From a candidate division WWE3 bacterium RIFOXYC1_FULL_40_10 (GTDB taxonomy: Bacteria; Patescibacteriota; WWE3; UBA101185; UBA10185): a stretch of 64,000 nt of DNA. Positions within the stretch are counted from its first letter, which is position 1. Every line of letters starts with the position of its first letter. The position numbers were made by a program, and so were the translations under genes. Of the stretch, positions 27,150-35,926 are shown one piece after another. The notes beneath the pieces were generated by a model that saw nothing but the letters and a program-made list of their open reading frames with translations, searched no databases and was not told where the DNA came from. The stretch spans positions 242,488-306,487 of the forward strand of contig MEWB01000001.1 of assembly GCA_001773215.1 (NCBI GenBank). The letters run 5' to 3'.

Positions 27150-28364
27150 GTGGTGAAACAAGAAGCAGGTGTATCTTTTTCAGAGTTAACCGAAGCGGAG
27201 AAAAGACTTCCCAGAGATATTGAAAAGGAGCTTGCTGAGGTTGTTTTTGCCGAAAATCGGAATAATGCGATTTTTAAAAAGACAATTGACCCTTCAGAAT
27301 ATATTGGGCGGCAGAGAGTTATGTTAAGAGGACACTGTTTTGAGAAGGCTGTGAAATTGGCAGTAATAAAAAACGAAGTGTTATCAAATGAGGAAGCACT
27401 GCGTTATTCCGAAACTTTGGTTGATTTATCTAATCACCCCGAAAATTTTGGTTTTGGGGAAGGCGCAATTTTTCGGAATCCCGACCTTGTTTTTTTAGAA
27501 ATTCAGACAGAACACAAAAAAATTCTAATTCAGCGATTGGGAGAGGTGAAGTCTATTGAAATCAATAAGCGTGCTTTAAGGCAATCAGGTGGACTAAGGC
27601 AAGATGTGATTGATATATTGTCTCGCGAAGATCTATCCCAAATACAGCAACGAGACTTGATTAACGAAACTCACAAGGGTGTGAGTGCGAGGGAGGGAAT
27701 TTACGCTATGACTCAAATGCTAAAACCCGTATTACTTGATGAGGAGCTGTGTTTACAGCATAGTTTAGATCCAAGTAAATTTGTTGGCTACACAATCGAA
27801 CTGGATCCTAACGCTGGAATGAGACTATATATTCCGGCGGAGTTTAAACTTCCCGACTTTGATTCATTACCAAATTTACGAGGTGTAACATATGAGCAGT
27901 TTAAAGATAAATCAGACCTAACAGAGCACCCTGAGGTAAGGAAACTTAGGAAGTGTATTGAGGAAAAAAGGTTGGATATAACCTACGAAGTTATTAAGAT
28001 GTACCAAAACGGGGATTTGGAAGTACAGAGTATAGACGTTAATCGGGGTACGATGTGTGAATTTGCGGATTCTGTGCTCGAGAAGCATGAGAAAGTTCTC
28101 AGAACCGCACATGGATTCTTCCATGAAATGCTTTCCCCGGATGAGGAAAAAAACGTAGGAGCCTATATTTGGGGAATGTTAAAACGAGGTGACTCATTTG
28201 AAGATACAGATAAATATATTGGGGACATTCCGATGGATAAGTATTTGGATTCCTGGCGGTTTATTCTGGGTCTTTGCACTGGGGAGCCTCTCTTAGGTAA
28301 GTTGGAGGAACGAACCAAAGAGGTGTACGATTATTTAGTTGAGCGATACAGCCATGTCCTATAA
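27150..28364 (+). CDS. Hypothetical protein (404 aa, soluble; GTG start, uncertain)
   Basis: Long ORF; no recognised motif; 11-nt overlap with next gene. Confidence 0.55.
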   Translation: MVKQEAGVSFSELTEAEKRLPRDIEKELAEVVFAENRNNAIFKKTIDPSEYIGRQRVMLRGHCFEKAVKLAVIKNEVLSNEEALRYSETLVDLSNHPENFGFGEGAIFRNPDLVFLEIQTEHKKILIQRLGEVKSIEINKRALRQSGGLRQDVIDILSREDLSQIQQRDLINETHKGVSAREGIYAMTQMLKPVLLDEELCLQHSLDPSKFVGYTIELDPNAGMRLYIPAEFKLPDFDSLPNLRGVTYEQFKDKSDLTEHPEVRKLRKCIEEKRLDITYEVIKMYQNGDLEVQSIDVNRGTMCEFADSVLEKHEKVLRTAHGFFHEMLSPDEEKNVGAYIWGMLKRGDSFEDTDKYIGDIPMDKYLDSWRFILGLCTGEPLLGKLEERTKEVYDYLVERYSHVL

Positions 28365-29031
28365 GCAGTTAAATGAATACCTTCCGGGACCGGATTCGGA
28401 GGAGCAAGTTACGAATACTAATACTAAAGAGAGGAACCAATCGAGGGGTCCAAAAAAGCCTTGGGCAGCGGGACTAAGCCGGCCGATTGAAATTCTCCCT
28501 AAAGAAGAAACTCGTGAAGAGCTGGAGGCGAAAAAATACACCAGGTCACTCGAAATCTTGTCGACCCACATAAAGGAACTGCCGGAAATGCTTGATAGTG
28601 CTTGGGCTATTTTTAAAAAAGAGTACTCTACCTGGGTAGTCACCGCGTTAGAAAATCTTGATTTAAACAAAGAATTGGAAGGAGACAGAGTTCATCTAGG
28701 CATGAGCTCCCTGCGATCTGGAGGGGTAAAATATCCGGTTCAAAATGCTTTTCATATACCATCTAAAATTAGGGTTGAATATCAAGGAAACTCACAGTCC
28801 GGGGAAGTTGATTTAGTTCCAATCGCTTTGGAACAACTAAAGGAGAAACTCGTTGAAAACGTGAACTCTTGGAGAACGATTATTTCCCAAAATAATTTGG
28901 ACAGCGAGGATGTTGTTGCATTAGTGGAGTTTCTTTATGGGCCAAAAGATAAGTCCGATCTTGAGTCTCTGAGAGAATCAATTGAGATTGCCGTGGATTT
29001 AATAGCCGAGGCTAAGCATAGCAAAGCGTAG
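28354..29031 (+). CDS. Hypothetical protein (225 aa; start at MSYKQL overlapping upstream gene)
   Basis: ORF 28339..29031; ATG at 28354 gives classic overlapping coupled pair. Confidence 0.55.
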   Translation: MSYKQLNEYLPGPDSEEQVTNTNTKERNQSRGPKKPWAAGLSRPIEILPKEETREELEAKKYTRSLEILSTHIKELPEMLDSAWAIFKKEYSTWVVTALENLDLNKELEGDRVHLGMSSLRSGGVKYPVQNAFHIPSKIRVEYQGNSQSGEVDLVPIALEQLKEKLVENVNSWRTIISQNNLDSEDVVALVEFLYGPKDKSDLESLRESIEIAVDLIAEAKHSKA

Positions 29032-29062
29032 GGCGGCCTGCCAGCCGTAGCAAAGCGTAGGC

Positions 29063-29147
29063 TGGTGGGCAAGGAGGGACTTGAACCCTCACTCCTTTCG
29101 GAACACGGTCCTAAACCGTGCGCGTATGCCAATTCCGCCACTTGCCC
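29063..29147 (-). tRNA. tRNA-Leu (TAG), long variable arm, CCA encoded
   Basis: Reverse complement GGGCAAGTGGCGGAATTGGCATACGCGCACGGTTTAGGACCGTG...GAGGGTTCAAGTCCCTCCTTGCCCACCA; anticodon loop TTTAGGA. Confidence 0.8.
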
Positions 29148-29187
29148 ATACCCACTTTCCCATTTTATCACATTGATAAGTGTTGAT

Positions 29188-29832
29188 TTACGACTTAGTA
29201 GCAACTGGCGTGGCAATTTGCCCAATTTGAGTCATAAAGAATGTTACACCTTTGAGCCAATGACCATATGCCGGAGGAGTATACACGGGAGCCATTTCTT
29301 CAGGGGAAACCAACCCCTTATCCACATAATTTTCCTTAATTCCCTTAGCTACAGTTTCGATTGCCTCCTCGTAATTTTGGAAAGCAATGTATTTACCCCC
29401 ATAAATTCCCCATCCAAAAGGATTGAAAGATCCAGGAATAAGTTTTTTTCCACAAGATGACTCCATACATGCGATCGCCGGTAGTAGACGATAGTCTAGA
29501 TCGTATTTGCTGGCTGTATCTGTAAATACTTTTGAATGATCTTTTAGGGGTGAATTGTATTTTTCAAAAAATGCCTCTAAATTCTTGGTCTTGATGTCTA
29601 CCTCCGGGTTTGAAAGAGGCTCAGCCTGTATGTGAAACTGAACTTCTGATATTTCTACCGGCGTGTTTTCCATTTTAGACAACTGCACCATCTTTTCGGT
29701 GTTTGAAAAAAAAGTGAAAAAAATAAAAGCCGGCAAGGCTATTGAGTTAAATTGTATGTTCATTATATGGAATTTTACATTCCGATCATTAATTCTAGCT
29801 GAACAAAGGAGAATAAGCAAATTTAGGACCAA
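29188..29832 (-). CDS. Membrane-anchored protein with GH73 glucosaminidase-like C-terminal domain (probable start at 29763)
   Basis: Motifs ESSCGKK, NPFGWG, YTPPAYGHW resemble the ESxxG / NNxFG / YATD blocks of glucosaminidase (FlgJ/LytD) domains; paralog of 30415..31263. Confidence 0.45.
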   Translation of the reverse strand: MVLNLLILLCSARINDRNVKFHIMNIQFNSIALPAFIFFTFFSNTEKMVQLSKMENTPVEISEVQFHIQAEPLSNPEVDIKTKNLEAFFEKYNSPLKDHSKVFTDTASKYDLDYRLLPAIACMESSCGKKLIPGSFNPFGWGIYGGKYIAFQNYEEAIETVAKGIKENYVDKGLVSPEEMAPVYTPPAYGHWLKGVTFFMTQIGQIATPVATKS

Positions 29833-29902
29833 TACACTACAGGTTGCTAAACAGTGTGCCGACTGGTATTATACAAACGAATATATCGACAAAGGAGGAA
29901 GT

Positions 29903-30358
29903 ATGCCATTTGAGTATTTAGTAATCCTAAGCAGAGTACTACGTTCAAAAGGGCTTGACGCTAAAATTAGTGGAGAAGGCGTGCACGTAAAGTTGCCGGA
30001 CGGGATTTTCCTAGATTTTGAGGGCTTGTGCCCCATAGGTGACCGACGTTCGATGGCCTTCTGGGAAAGTGATGTCAGCAGATTGCGACCGATAGATGTG
30101 CGTCATCTCCAGGAAATTACGTGTTTATCATCCCTTACCGACGAGCCCCGCTTGGTAGACTTTGGGATTGTCCTCCAAACCTTGTCCAGATTACCCCTGG
30201 TAAGTGTTTGGATGTACAGGAACTACGGTTCACCGTACCCTGTAGCTATAGCGGAGGTAGAACTCAATGGTTTTAATATTTTCCTTGGTCAGATGGTAGG
30301 AGAATCGCCAAGCCACCACCTGGATCTAAGGCCCGTGCTTAAGATTAATGTTCCCTGA
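29903..30358 (+). CDS. Hypothetical protein (151 aa; start at MPFEYL behind AAGGAGGAAG SD), high GC
   Basis: ORF 29663..30358 with internal ATG and strong SD; sandwiched between the two GH73-like paralogs. Confidence 0.5.
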   Translation: MPFEYLVILSRVLRSKGLDAKISGEGVHVKLPDGIFLDFEGLCPIGDRRSMAFWESDVSRLRPIDVRHLQEITCLSSLTDEPRLVDFGIVLQTLSRLPLVSVWMYRNYGSPYPVAIAEVELNGFNIFLGQMVGESPSHHLDLRPVLKINVP

Positions 30359-30374
30359 GAATGTTAGGTAGAAG

Positions 30375-30410
30375 GGGTTTTTTACACCGTAAAAAACCCT
30401 CTCTTTACTA
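30375..30410 (+). terminator. Hairpin terminator (GGGTTTTTTAC-acc-GTAAAAAACCC) with T-rich tail
   Basis: 11-bp stem; lies between convergent stops. Confidence 0.45.
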
Positions 30411-30414
30411 TTTC

Positions 30415-31263
30415 TTACCTTGTTGCGCTCGCAACTGATTCCGGTGATTTGTAGTTTTGAATGATATCCCCAAAATAATTTACCCCCCTACACCACGACC
30501 CGTTCGATGGAGGTGTATACACCTTCATAATTTCGCAGGTTTCCGATATTCCCTTTGAGAAAAATTTCTGGCCTAAGTATTTGGATACCGACTCCACTCC
30601 CCTAGCCCAATTATCGAAGGTTTGTACGTTTGAGCCGTAAACAGCCCAACCCCATGCATTATATGACTCCTGTCCCTCTGCTTTAGGCGTGTTTTTCCCA
30701 CAGCTTGATTCTTGAAATGCAATAGAAGCAACTATCCACCAAGGGATGTCGTTTTTATCAGCCTCATGTACGAATACTTCACCCATGCCTTCTAAGGGAC
30801 ATTTATAATATTTAAAAACCTCATTTATCCGTTGTGATCGGGAGTCCTTTGAGTAAACATCGTTTAACACTGCTTCCATTTCTAAAGGTCTGGACGTAAA
30901 TGAGTACTGTTTCGCAGTACGCTCAGGTGTAACCTTAAACGGGATGATAAGTGTAAAAGAAACAAGCAACGCGAACGCAGTCGTAGAAGCGCTAATCCAG
31001 GCGAAGGCTAATTTACTTGAAGTTTTTTGTTTGGTTTCAAAGTATGTACTCTCTAAAATGGCATTAATTCTATTTCCTAAGTTTGCACATATAGTGTAAA
31101 TAAGCGTGGGTTTTGTTACACAACAGGCTTTATTAATATCTGCTAATGAAAATATTTCTTCTGGTAGATTATTTCTTTTGTAGAAAAAATCGTAATCAAA
31201 CCTTCTATCGAAGCTTTTTAAGCATTTGCCGTTTTTCCTAAAGTATTTTTGTTCCATAATCAA
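30415..31263 (-). CDS. Membrane-anchored GH73 glucosaminidase-like protein (paralog of 29188..29832)
   Basis: 282 aa; single TM then ESSCGKN, NAWGWAVYG, YTPPSNGSW blocks shared with paralog. Confidence 0.45.
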   Translation of the reverse strand: MIMEQKYFRKNGKCLKSFDRRFDYDFFYKRNNLPEEIFSLADINKACCVTKPTLIYTICANLGNRINAILESTYFETKQKTSSKLAFAWISASTTAFALLVSFTLIIPFKVTPERTAKQYSFTSRPLEMEAVLNDVYSKDSRSQRINEVFKYYKCPLEGMGEVFVHEADKNDIPWWIVASIAFQESSCGKNTPKAEGQESYNAWGWAVYGSNVQTFDNWARGVESVSKYLGQKFFSKGISETCEIMKVYTPPSNGSWCRGVNYFGDIIQNYKSPESVASATR

Positions 31264-31278
31264 TTGGTAGAGACTAGG

Positions 31279-31617
31279 CTACCATATAGAAGTCTCATTA
31301 CAAGGGTGATTTGGCGTGAAAAGTACATCTTTTTCAAGGATCGGTAAATTTTTGACTAAGTCCCAATCATCATCGCCTGCGATCCGATTTTTTCTCACTT
31401 CTCCGCATGTTTCACATTTATGTACTAATACTTCTTCCCCATCTTGTTTCAGCAATTTTCCAATGGGTCTCATCAACCCCATACACTTATTTTTTCTATC
31501 CCCTATTTCGATATCGATGTGTATCGAGTACAAACAATAAGGGCAATGATTACGATTTTTAGTTCCCGGAGCGTTAAAATCTACCTTTTTTTGGCAATTC
31601 GAACAGTTAAAATTCAT
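31279..31617 (-). CDS. RNHCP-motif zinc-ribbon protein
   Basis: 112 aa; CSNC...RNHCPYC...CETC cysteine pairs including the literal RNHCP motif (from memory matches Pfam RNHCP domain family). Confidence 0.55.
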   Translation of the reverse strand: MNFNCSNCQKKVDFNAPGTKNRNHCPYCLYSIHIDIEIGDRKNKCMGLMRPIGKLLKQDGEEVLVHKCETCGEVRKNRIAGDDDWDLVKNLPILEKDVLFTPNHPCNETSIW

Positions 31618-32219
31618 ATAAAGGGTATAACGATGGGTAACAATAACAAGCTACTAAGCAAAATAAAGTTGATAGTTCCGTACAGTAGCAACTTTCGTTT
31701 ATAAATACTTTTTTGACTACTTGTATTTTTTGCGAAAACAAACTTCAAAAAGTTAATCACAGTTAAAGGCGCCATAACAATTGATAGTACAATTAGCACT
31801 TGAATAAAAAATAAATACTTATTTTCAAAGTTAAAGGGATTTAGCGATAAAGTTAGTGCTGAGATAGTCATTGCTATTGGATAGGAAAAAACTAACAATA
31901 CCAAGCTTTTGAATACTTCTAATAGATTTCTAAAGTACGTAGCAAATTTATTTATCTCAGCTGATTTAATAAGTTCATATGTTCTATAAATCAGAGTAGT
32001 AAAAAGCATAATTAGACCAATATTTCGTAAAAAAACCCATGAGGTAAAAGTTTTCTGCGGAACGTTTTCAAATAAGAAACTATCCGAGGGTGTAATGGGA
32101 AAAAAGTTTAACAGATAGGTGGAATATATCGAGGAGAGAGTTATAAGGGATACTAGTATACCGCTTGTTTTATTTAGAAATTTTGGGAAGGTTGCGATTG
32201 AATTCGATATTTTTTGCAT
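31614..32219 (-). CDS. Polytopic membrane protein, unknown function
   Basis: 201 aa, about 6 TM segments; 4-nt overlap with downstream gene. Confidence 0.5.
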   Translation of the reverse strand: MQKISNSIATFPKFLNKTSGILVSLITLSSIYSTYLLNFFPITPSDSFLFENVPQKTFTSWVFLRNIGLIMLFTTLIYRTYELIKSAEINKFATYFRNLLEVFKSLVLLVFSYPIAMTISALTLSLNPFNFENKYLFFIQVLIVLSIVMAPLTVINFLKFVFAKNTSSQKSIYKRKLLLYGTINFILLSSLLLLPIVIPFI

Positions 32220-32224
32220 CGGTT

Positions 32225-32560
32225 TTAATTATAGTACGAGTTTGACAATTGATAAACATGTGTTAAGATTTTCTCTTAATAGCGATGATTAGGAGACGCT
32301 TGAGTTTACAAGCCTTTGTGGTCCTATGAGCTGCATTTGTGAAACTGGGAAACCCCAAGAGTAGCTTTTGCCGGAGGTTGGCCGTTATAACCCAACAGGG
32401 TATCACTGCGAGTCAAGTACCCGAAAAGAGAACTAGGTATTTCCTAGCTAATATGAGGTGGCACCACGGCTAAGTACCTTCTAGTCGTCCTCTTACTCAA
32501 ATTGTGTTTGAGTTAAGGGGATTTTTTTGTACCTTGAAAAGTTATCTATAAAAGGAGAGA
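32225..32560. other. GC-rich, hairpin-dense 340-bp intergenic region: candidate structured ncRNA or cis-regulatory leader (family not identified)
   Basis: No ORF >20 codons; markedly higher GC than flanks; several local hairpins (CTAGGtatttCCTAG, GTGGcaCCAC). Confidence 0.3.
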
Positions 32561-32564
32561 CAAG

Positions 32565-33893
32565 ATGATTAATTCAATTTTTCTTAACAGCCGCTACGGC
32601 GATAAGTCGGAGATGCTTAACACCTTAGCAAAGAGATGGGATCCACAAGAAAATCTGGATAGAATCCCCTCTGGGATGCTTACGGAGGCATTAAGTGTAC
32701 AGATAAGTGATATAGACACAAGCTTACGAGGAGGTAATGATTTAAGTATAGTTCAAGCCTTCTCAGGTATGCTCCACGTTGTTGCAGGTACAAACAACCG
32801 TTTACAAGAGCTGCTTTTTCCAGAGATATCTGGAGACATAAGTCGGACCAAAGGGGCTTTTTACCTAACAAGAATGGCAGCGAAGGAACAGTATGTTGGG
32901 TTAACTCCAGGCGAAGTTGCTGGCATGGTTATGGCCGGGTTGTTAGACATTGTATACTGCCCCCCTGCTGCAGAGCTTTCGGAAACCTCCGGTATGGGTG
33001 CGGACAGGGGCTGGAAGGGTAAGCGGGTAAAGACAATAAACGCGTCGACACTTACAGCTTTAGTACTGGCTTCTATGGATTATCCATCGATTAAGCACGG
33101 TTCGTATGGTAACACAACAAAGATAGGGTCTACAGACGTACCCGAACAATTCGGTGCCAACATTTGTGAGTCGAACCCGGATAGAATAGAGCAAATTCTG
33201 CGCGAATGTGGTTTTTGGTTTAACGATGCCCACTCGGTAAAAACACTGCACTATTTGTCGCACCGTTTAATGGTAGAAACAGTAAACCATATCGTAGGAC
33301 CGATGACTCCTCCGGTTTCACAGCGTACTAAGTTGTATAAGTTAATGGGAGTAAACCATTATGTACACCCGGAAATTATCGCCAAAGCTTATGCTCTTTT
33401 GCATGGAATGGGAGTGCTCAATCTGGGAGGTGCGGTAATTTTAGCTGGGATAAGTGGGAAGGCGCCAAAACACATTGGCCCCGAAAATCGGAGTTGGTAT
33501 CTAAAAAACTGCTATCTTGATGAAGTCTCACCGGAGCAAACTCTGGTAAGTCTCTCGTATGGAAGTGAATTTTTGGGTACACACTTAGTGAATACAAGCA
33601 AAACCTTTGGAGTTTCTTTCAGTGACAAAGACATCCAGGTGACTAATGAGATTGATCCTCTGATGAGGGCCAACCAGCTTGCTTTAAGGGGCAAATCGCC
33701 ATTTGCAGAGTACCTTTCACTGAACGCGGCATTTGCCATTGCAGCACACTATCTTGAGTCAGGAGATAGATTCCTTAAGTCATTACCTGTATTTGCAGAA
33801 GCTGCCTTGGAATTTATTAAACAAGGTGCTGCTTTTGACACGCTGCGTAACTATGTAAAGAGTTCAGGTGGTAAGTTTGTTTCTTGGGAGTAG
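32565..33893 (+). CDS. Glycosyl transferase family 3 protein (anthranilate phosphoribosyltransferase TrpD-like fold)
   Basis: 442 aa; SGMGADRG (GTGGD-like) and INASTLTALVLASMDYPSIKHGSYGNTTKIGSTDV matching TrpD NISTaa...KHGNRavSSksGSADV block; no other trp genes nearby. Confidence 0.6.
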   Translation: MINSIFLNSRYGDKSEMLNTLAKRWDPQENLDRIPSGMLTEALSVQISDIDTSLRGGNDLSIVQAFSGMLHVVAGTNNRLQELLFPEISGDISRTKGAFYLTRMAAKEQYVGLTPGEVAGMVMAGLLDIVYCPPAAELSETSGMGADRGWKGKRVKTINASTLTALVLASMDYPSIKHGSYGNTTKIGSTDVPEQFGANICESNPDRIEQILRECGFWFNDAHSVKTLHYLSHRLMVETVNHIVGPMTPPVSQRTKLYKLMGVNHYVHPEIIAKAYALLHGMGVLNLGGAVILAGISGKAPKHIGPENRSWYLKNCYLDEVSPEQTLVSLSYGSEFLGTHLVNTSKTFGVSFSDKDIQVTNEIDPLMRANQLALRGKSPFAEYLSLNAAFAIAAHYLESGDRFLKSLPVFAEAALEFIKQGAAFDTLRNYVKSSGGKFVSWE

Positions 33894-33915
33894 TACAATG
33901 CTGAGTGTTAAGCCA

Positions 33916-34746
33916 TTATAGGTTTGCACTCAGCTTTTTTTTCAAATTCAATGCTCTTGTTGCATCTAACCGATTTTCGTATGGTTTTAAATTCCGTTCT
34001 GTTGCTTTATCCTTGCTTTCTCCGACTTTTATAGAGGTGCCAACGATGAAACAATTTGCGAGTGTCATCAAACTTGGAATATTGTTTTCGTCTGTACCAC
34101 TGCCTATGATAATTGGAAAATCGCCGACAGCAGTTCGGACTTCTTGGATTTTTTCCAAGTCTGGTACATCACCTGTCCACTTTCCGGTAACTATTAAACC
34201 GTCACTTCCCTCCTTGATGGCATCCAAAGCACTTTTACTGATAGGCTGCTTGTTTAGTAATTCCGAGTGTTTAACCTGAATATCCGTGAATATTAGTGTA
34301 TCTTTTTCACCAATCTCCTCTCTAAATTTGCGCAATTCTGAATAACACGCATCAATTTCCCCAAAATCAGTTTTTACATGGTCTACGAAGACTGCGATTC
34401 TTATGAAATCAAGTTTATAAATTTTTGCTAAAGATAAAGCTGTTTTATAGTCATTCCACAGTACACATACTCCTGTTGGAATAGTTACCACCTTTTTTAT
34501 TTCTTCAATGCACCTGCACAACGAACATATAACACTGGGCTCCACAAATTCTTTATGTGGTAGGTCATAATTATTTTCGACTAAAATTGCGTCATAACCT
34601 GCATACTGAAGAATTTTGGCGTCGTAAATAGCGTTCTCTATTATGGGGTCGAGAGAATGATGTTCAGGATAACCAAGCAAGGGGCCTAGGTGAACCATGC
34701 CAATAAGGGTGTGTTTGTTTTCAAATAAGTTTTTATAGCTGGTCAT
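33916..34746 (-). CDS. BtpA/SgcQ-family TIM-barrel protein
   Basis: 276 aa; N-terminus LIGMVHLGPLLGYPEH resembles BtpA family signature. Confidence 0.55.
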   Translation of the reverse strand: MTSYKNLFENKHTLIGMVHLGPLLGYPEHHSLDPIIENAIYDAKILQYAGYDAILVENNYDLPHKEFVEPSVICSLCRCIEEIKKVVTIPTGVCVLWNDYKTALSLAKIYKLDFIRIAVFVDHVKTDFGEIDACYSELRKFREEIGEKDTLIFTDIQVKHSELLNKQPISKSALDAIKEGSDGLIVTGKWTGDVPDLEKIQEVRTAVGDFPIIIGSGTDENNIPSLMTLANCFIVGTSIKVGESKDKATERNLKPYENRLDATRALNLKKKLSANL

Positions 34747-34835
34747 AATATGGGGTCATTATACCTTGAGGGCATAAAAAAAGAAGCCTCTAAGAGCGAA
34801 ATATATTCAACTCTTAGAAGCTTCAAGTAATTAAA

Positions 34836-35915
34836 CTAAACGACGGCCTTTTTTCTAGTTTTCTCAAGGACTAATACTCCGACTAACACCAAAAGGACGC
34901 CAAGAGTTCGTAACACCCAAACGATGGGGTCCTGTGGGAAACTATAGATATTTGGAAGTAACTTCCATGCCATAATCCCCAGCGGTACAGCAAAGACAGC
35001 CTGAGAAGACAATATGATCGATACGCGATCTGCGTTTCCCTTACCGCTGTGCTTTTCCGCGCTGATGCGCAGTAAGTTATTTCCGTACGCTAGGAACATT
35101 GTGATAAGCACGAAAATCAAAGCGATCATAGCCCTGTCTTTGAGTATTTCCACTAGCATAGACAAGGTGTTTGTTAGGTATGCGTAAATTATGGAGATCG
35201 CCGTTCCTGTGACCCCAAGCCAGAGAAACCTCCAGAAATTAAAATTGACTTCTCCGCCACAGTCATTACATGTCTCAGTTTCGATAACTCGGCTTATTGC
35301 CATCGTGATTCCCACCACAATGGTCATCAAAAGCACCGGCTCCCAACGGAATTGGCCAAGTTCAACGCTTTCAAGAGATGTTAAAATGGATCCCGCGATT
35401 GCCAAAGTAATGAACATCAGCTTTTTAAGCATGCTCGTCAAAGCAGTTTTTGCCCTGATGGCTTCGTATATTACAAGCCAGACGATATTGAATCCGCTAA
35501 GTGCAATAAGGTACGATGGATCGCGACCTGTTGCCACATAGATTTGGGTGAATGTAAAACATGCCGCTAGAAAGCCTGTTAGGAACATTGATTTTTGAGC
35601 TTTCCAAGATACCCAATTCTCCCTTTTGAAGTCTTTCTGTAGAGACTTTCCGATTGTATGGTTGAAGCCGATGTTAACTAGGATCCCAACCCAGCTACCA
35701 AGTATTAGGTATGCCAATACATTGGTCCTGACAAACTCTGGTGTCATAACAAAGCCTGATGACAGCTGATCGACTGCTAGGAAACCTTTGTTGATTACGA
35801 ACGTATCCATTACGTTCACAAAAGCACCCAGCAATGCAGATACTACTGCTAGCAGAATGACACTTAAGAAATCAGCCCATAAGGGTTTCGACTTGCGCGA
35901 AGCAATTGCGTTCAT
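34836..35915 (-). CDS. Polytopic membrane protein (possible DMT-superfamily transporter)
   Basis: 359 aa, about 10 TM segments. Confidence 0.45.
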   Translation of the reverse strand: MNAIASRKSKPLWADFLSVILLAVVSALLGAFVNVMDTFVINKGFLAVDQLSSGFVMTPEFVRTNVLAYLILGSWVGILVNIGFNHTIGKSLQKDFKRENWVSWKAQKSMFLTGFLAACFTFTQIYVATGRDPSYLIALSGFNIVWLVIYEAIRAKTALTSMLKKLMFITLAIAGSILTSLESVELGQFRWEPVLLMTIVVGITMAISRVIETETCNDCGGEVNFNFWRFLWLGVTGTAISIIYAYLTNTLSMLVEILKDRAMIALIFVLITMFLAYGNNLLRISAEKHSGKGNADRVSIILSSQAVFAVPLGIMAWKLLPNIYSFPQDPIVWVLRTLGVLLVLVGVLVLEKTRKKAVV

Positions 35916-35926
35916 CGTATTCTCCT

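Noticed and set aside
32225-32560. Considered calling the GC-rich intergenic region RNase P RNA, SRP RNA, tmRNA or a named riboswitch
   Set aside because: None of the family-defining conserved cores I know could be found on either strand, so it is kept only as an unclassified candidate.
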